63,680 nt of DNA from Pseudovirgaria hyperparasitica (Eukaryota), in NCBI GenBank assembly GCA_010093815.1, contig ML996577.1; one strand, 5' to 3'. A program made the translations under genes and the position numbers. The first letter of the stretch is position 1. The number at the start of each line of letters is the position of its first letter. Below the pieces are notes generated by a model. It saw only the letters and a program-made list of their open reading frames with translations, had not been told where the DNA came from and made no database searches. Below are positions 61,924 through 63,680 of the stretch, piece after piece.

Positions 61924-63458
61924 ATGGAAAGCTGGCTGAAACGGTCTGGCGCGTCGGGCTTGGATGACTTTGAACTTGTTGATTTTTCGGATACTGGGCG
62001 CGGCATCCGAACGCTGCGGCGATTCGAGGAAGGAGAGGAGATCCTCACCATCCCACATAGCGTTCTTTGGACAGTGAAGCACGCATATGCTGACCCAGTC
62101 CTTGGGCCAGCCCTTCTCTCGGCGCAGCCGCCCTTATCTGTCGATGACACGCTGGCCACATACATTCTCTTTGTTCGGTCGCGCAGGTCGGGATACGATG
62201 GTCTCCGAAGCCATGTAGCAGTACTTCCTGACAGCTATACCTCGAGCATCTTTTTTACGGAGGCTGAGTTGGATGTTTGCGCAGGAACATCGCTCTACAC
62301 TATCACGAAGCACCTGGTTCACCAGATCGAGATCGACTATAAGGAATTGGTAGTGCGACTGTTTAGACAACACCACGAATTATTCCCACGCGACAAGTTC
62401 ACGATCGATGACGTAGGTATTCAATATAGGGATACTGCAAATCGGCTACTGACACTTGTCTTTAATTTTTCAGTACAAGTGGGCACTCTGCACCGTGTGG
62501 AGCCGTGCAATGGACTTCAAGCTACATAATGGAGATTCGTTTCGACTGTTGACGCCCTTCGCAGATATGTTAAATCATTCCATCGAGGTTGGGCAGTGTC
62601 ATAGCTACGATCCTATGTCTGGAAAACTCTCTATTTCAGCCGGAAAGAAATACGAACCTGGAGATCAGGTACGTCGGTCTTATTTTCTAAACCGCTAGTC
62701 GGCGCGCTTAACTAGATGTGTTCTTCTAGGTTTTCATCAATTACGGACCTGTTCCAAACAATCGCCTTTCACGTCTCTATGGGTTTGTCGTGCCCGGTAA
62801 TCCCAATGACAGCTATGATCTTGTCCTCGCGACGCATCCCATGGCACCATTCTTTGAGCAAAAGCACAAACTCTGGAAATCGGCAGGGCTAGATTCGACC
62901 TCTACTATTTCTCTTACTCTTACGGAGCCACTACCAAGTAGCGTACTTCGGTACCTACGTATTCAACGACTTGACGAATCTGATCTTGCCGATGTGACAT
63001 TACGTCATCAAAACGAAGCTGCATTGGAAAAGATCAACGATTTGAACGAAGTGGAAGTCCTGAAGTTTTTAGTAGAATCGATATCCAGTATACTTGATGG
63101 TTTTGGGACCAATCTAGAAAAACTAGAGGAGCAACTTGCAGAGCGCTTCTATACTCCGGCAGGGAACGCATGGTCGGCAGCGCACGTTAGTTTGGGTGAA
63201 CAGCGGGTGTTAAGATTGACTAGGAAGACAGCCAAGGACTTGTTAGAGGCGGTGGAAAACAGGAATGGGAATAATAAGGCCTTCTTGTCGACAACGGACC
63301 AATGTGCGCTGTGTAACAAATTTTCCACGCAGTTGATGCGGTGCGGAAGGTGCAACGGGGCCATGTATTGCGGGCGGGCTTGCCAGGTGGCCCATTATAG
63401 AGAGCATAAGGCAATTTGTCGAGCTATAACAGCTAATAATAGCTCTAGAAAGGGCTGA
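61924..63458 (+). CDS. SET-domain (Rubisco LSMT-type) lysine methyltransferase with a C-terminal MYND zinc finger
   Basis: GRGI, PFADMLNH, INYG..N..L..LYGF and C-terminal CALC..CGRC..YCGRACQVAH..HKAIC. Two introns. Confidence 0.88.
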
Positions 63459-63583
63459 AAGCGAAATATCGATCGGCTTATATATATTAATAAGTCTCTT
63501 TCTTATGATTAAATTTTATAAACTTAACCTCTACTATAGGTTTTATATATATAATAACCTTATTCCTACGGAATTATAAAAAG

Positions 63584-63586
<3 letters not shown>

Positions 63587-63680
<94 letters not shown>
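63587..63680 (+). repeat. (AAT)n tract, at least 31 units, running off the window end
   Basis: Perfect trinucleotide repeat preceded by TpA-rich sequence. Confidence 0.95.

Noticed and set aside
63587..63680. Terminal repeat as a telomere
   Set aside because: The unit is AAT, not the TTAGGG typical of filamentous ascomycetes.

Overview
Filamentous ascomycete (Pezizomycotina) genomic DNA in two parts. (1) About 1.7-20.6 kb is an AT-rich, RIP-mutated nest of three transposons. A ~3.5-kb DD34E Tc1/IS630-type DNA transposon (99-bp TIRs) is interrupted by Ty3/gypsy chromovirus A (minus strand, 228-bp LTRs, TSD ATATC), whose 5' LTR is interrupted by chromovirus B (plus strand, 240-bp LTRs, TSD CCTAC). 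The whole nest lies inside intron 1 of an otherwise intact secreted S41-family peptidase gene, making that intron 19,159 nt. Both retrotransposons carry a RIP-damaged, spliced antisense gene between pol and the 3' LTR with a shared layout: a Cys-cluster-like motif, introns of matching phase and a C-terminal coiled coil. Both also show Tf1-type self-priming signatures. (2) About 20.6-63.5 kb is gene-dense housekeeping DNA: phosphoketolase, RPN12, phosphoglucomutase/phosphopentomutase, delta-8 sphingolipid desaturase, ammonium transporter, a Cys-rich hypothetical protein, OST3/6, a coiled-coil protein, MRM2, DBP3, RFT1, a GNAT, an AhpC/TSA-like protein, Mpv17/PMP22, divergent histones H3/H4, a HAD hydrolase, an acyl-CoA synthetase and a SET-MYND protein. 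The window ends in AT-rich sequence and an (AAT)n tract. All calls were made by eye, with no database searches.
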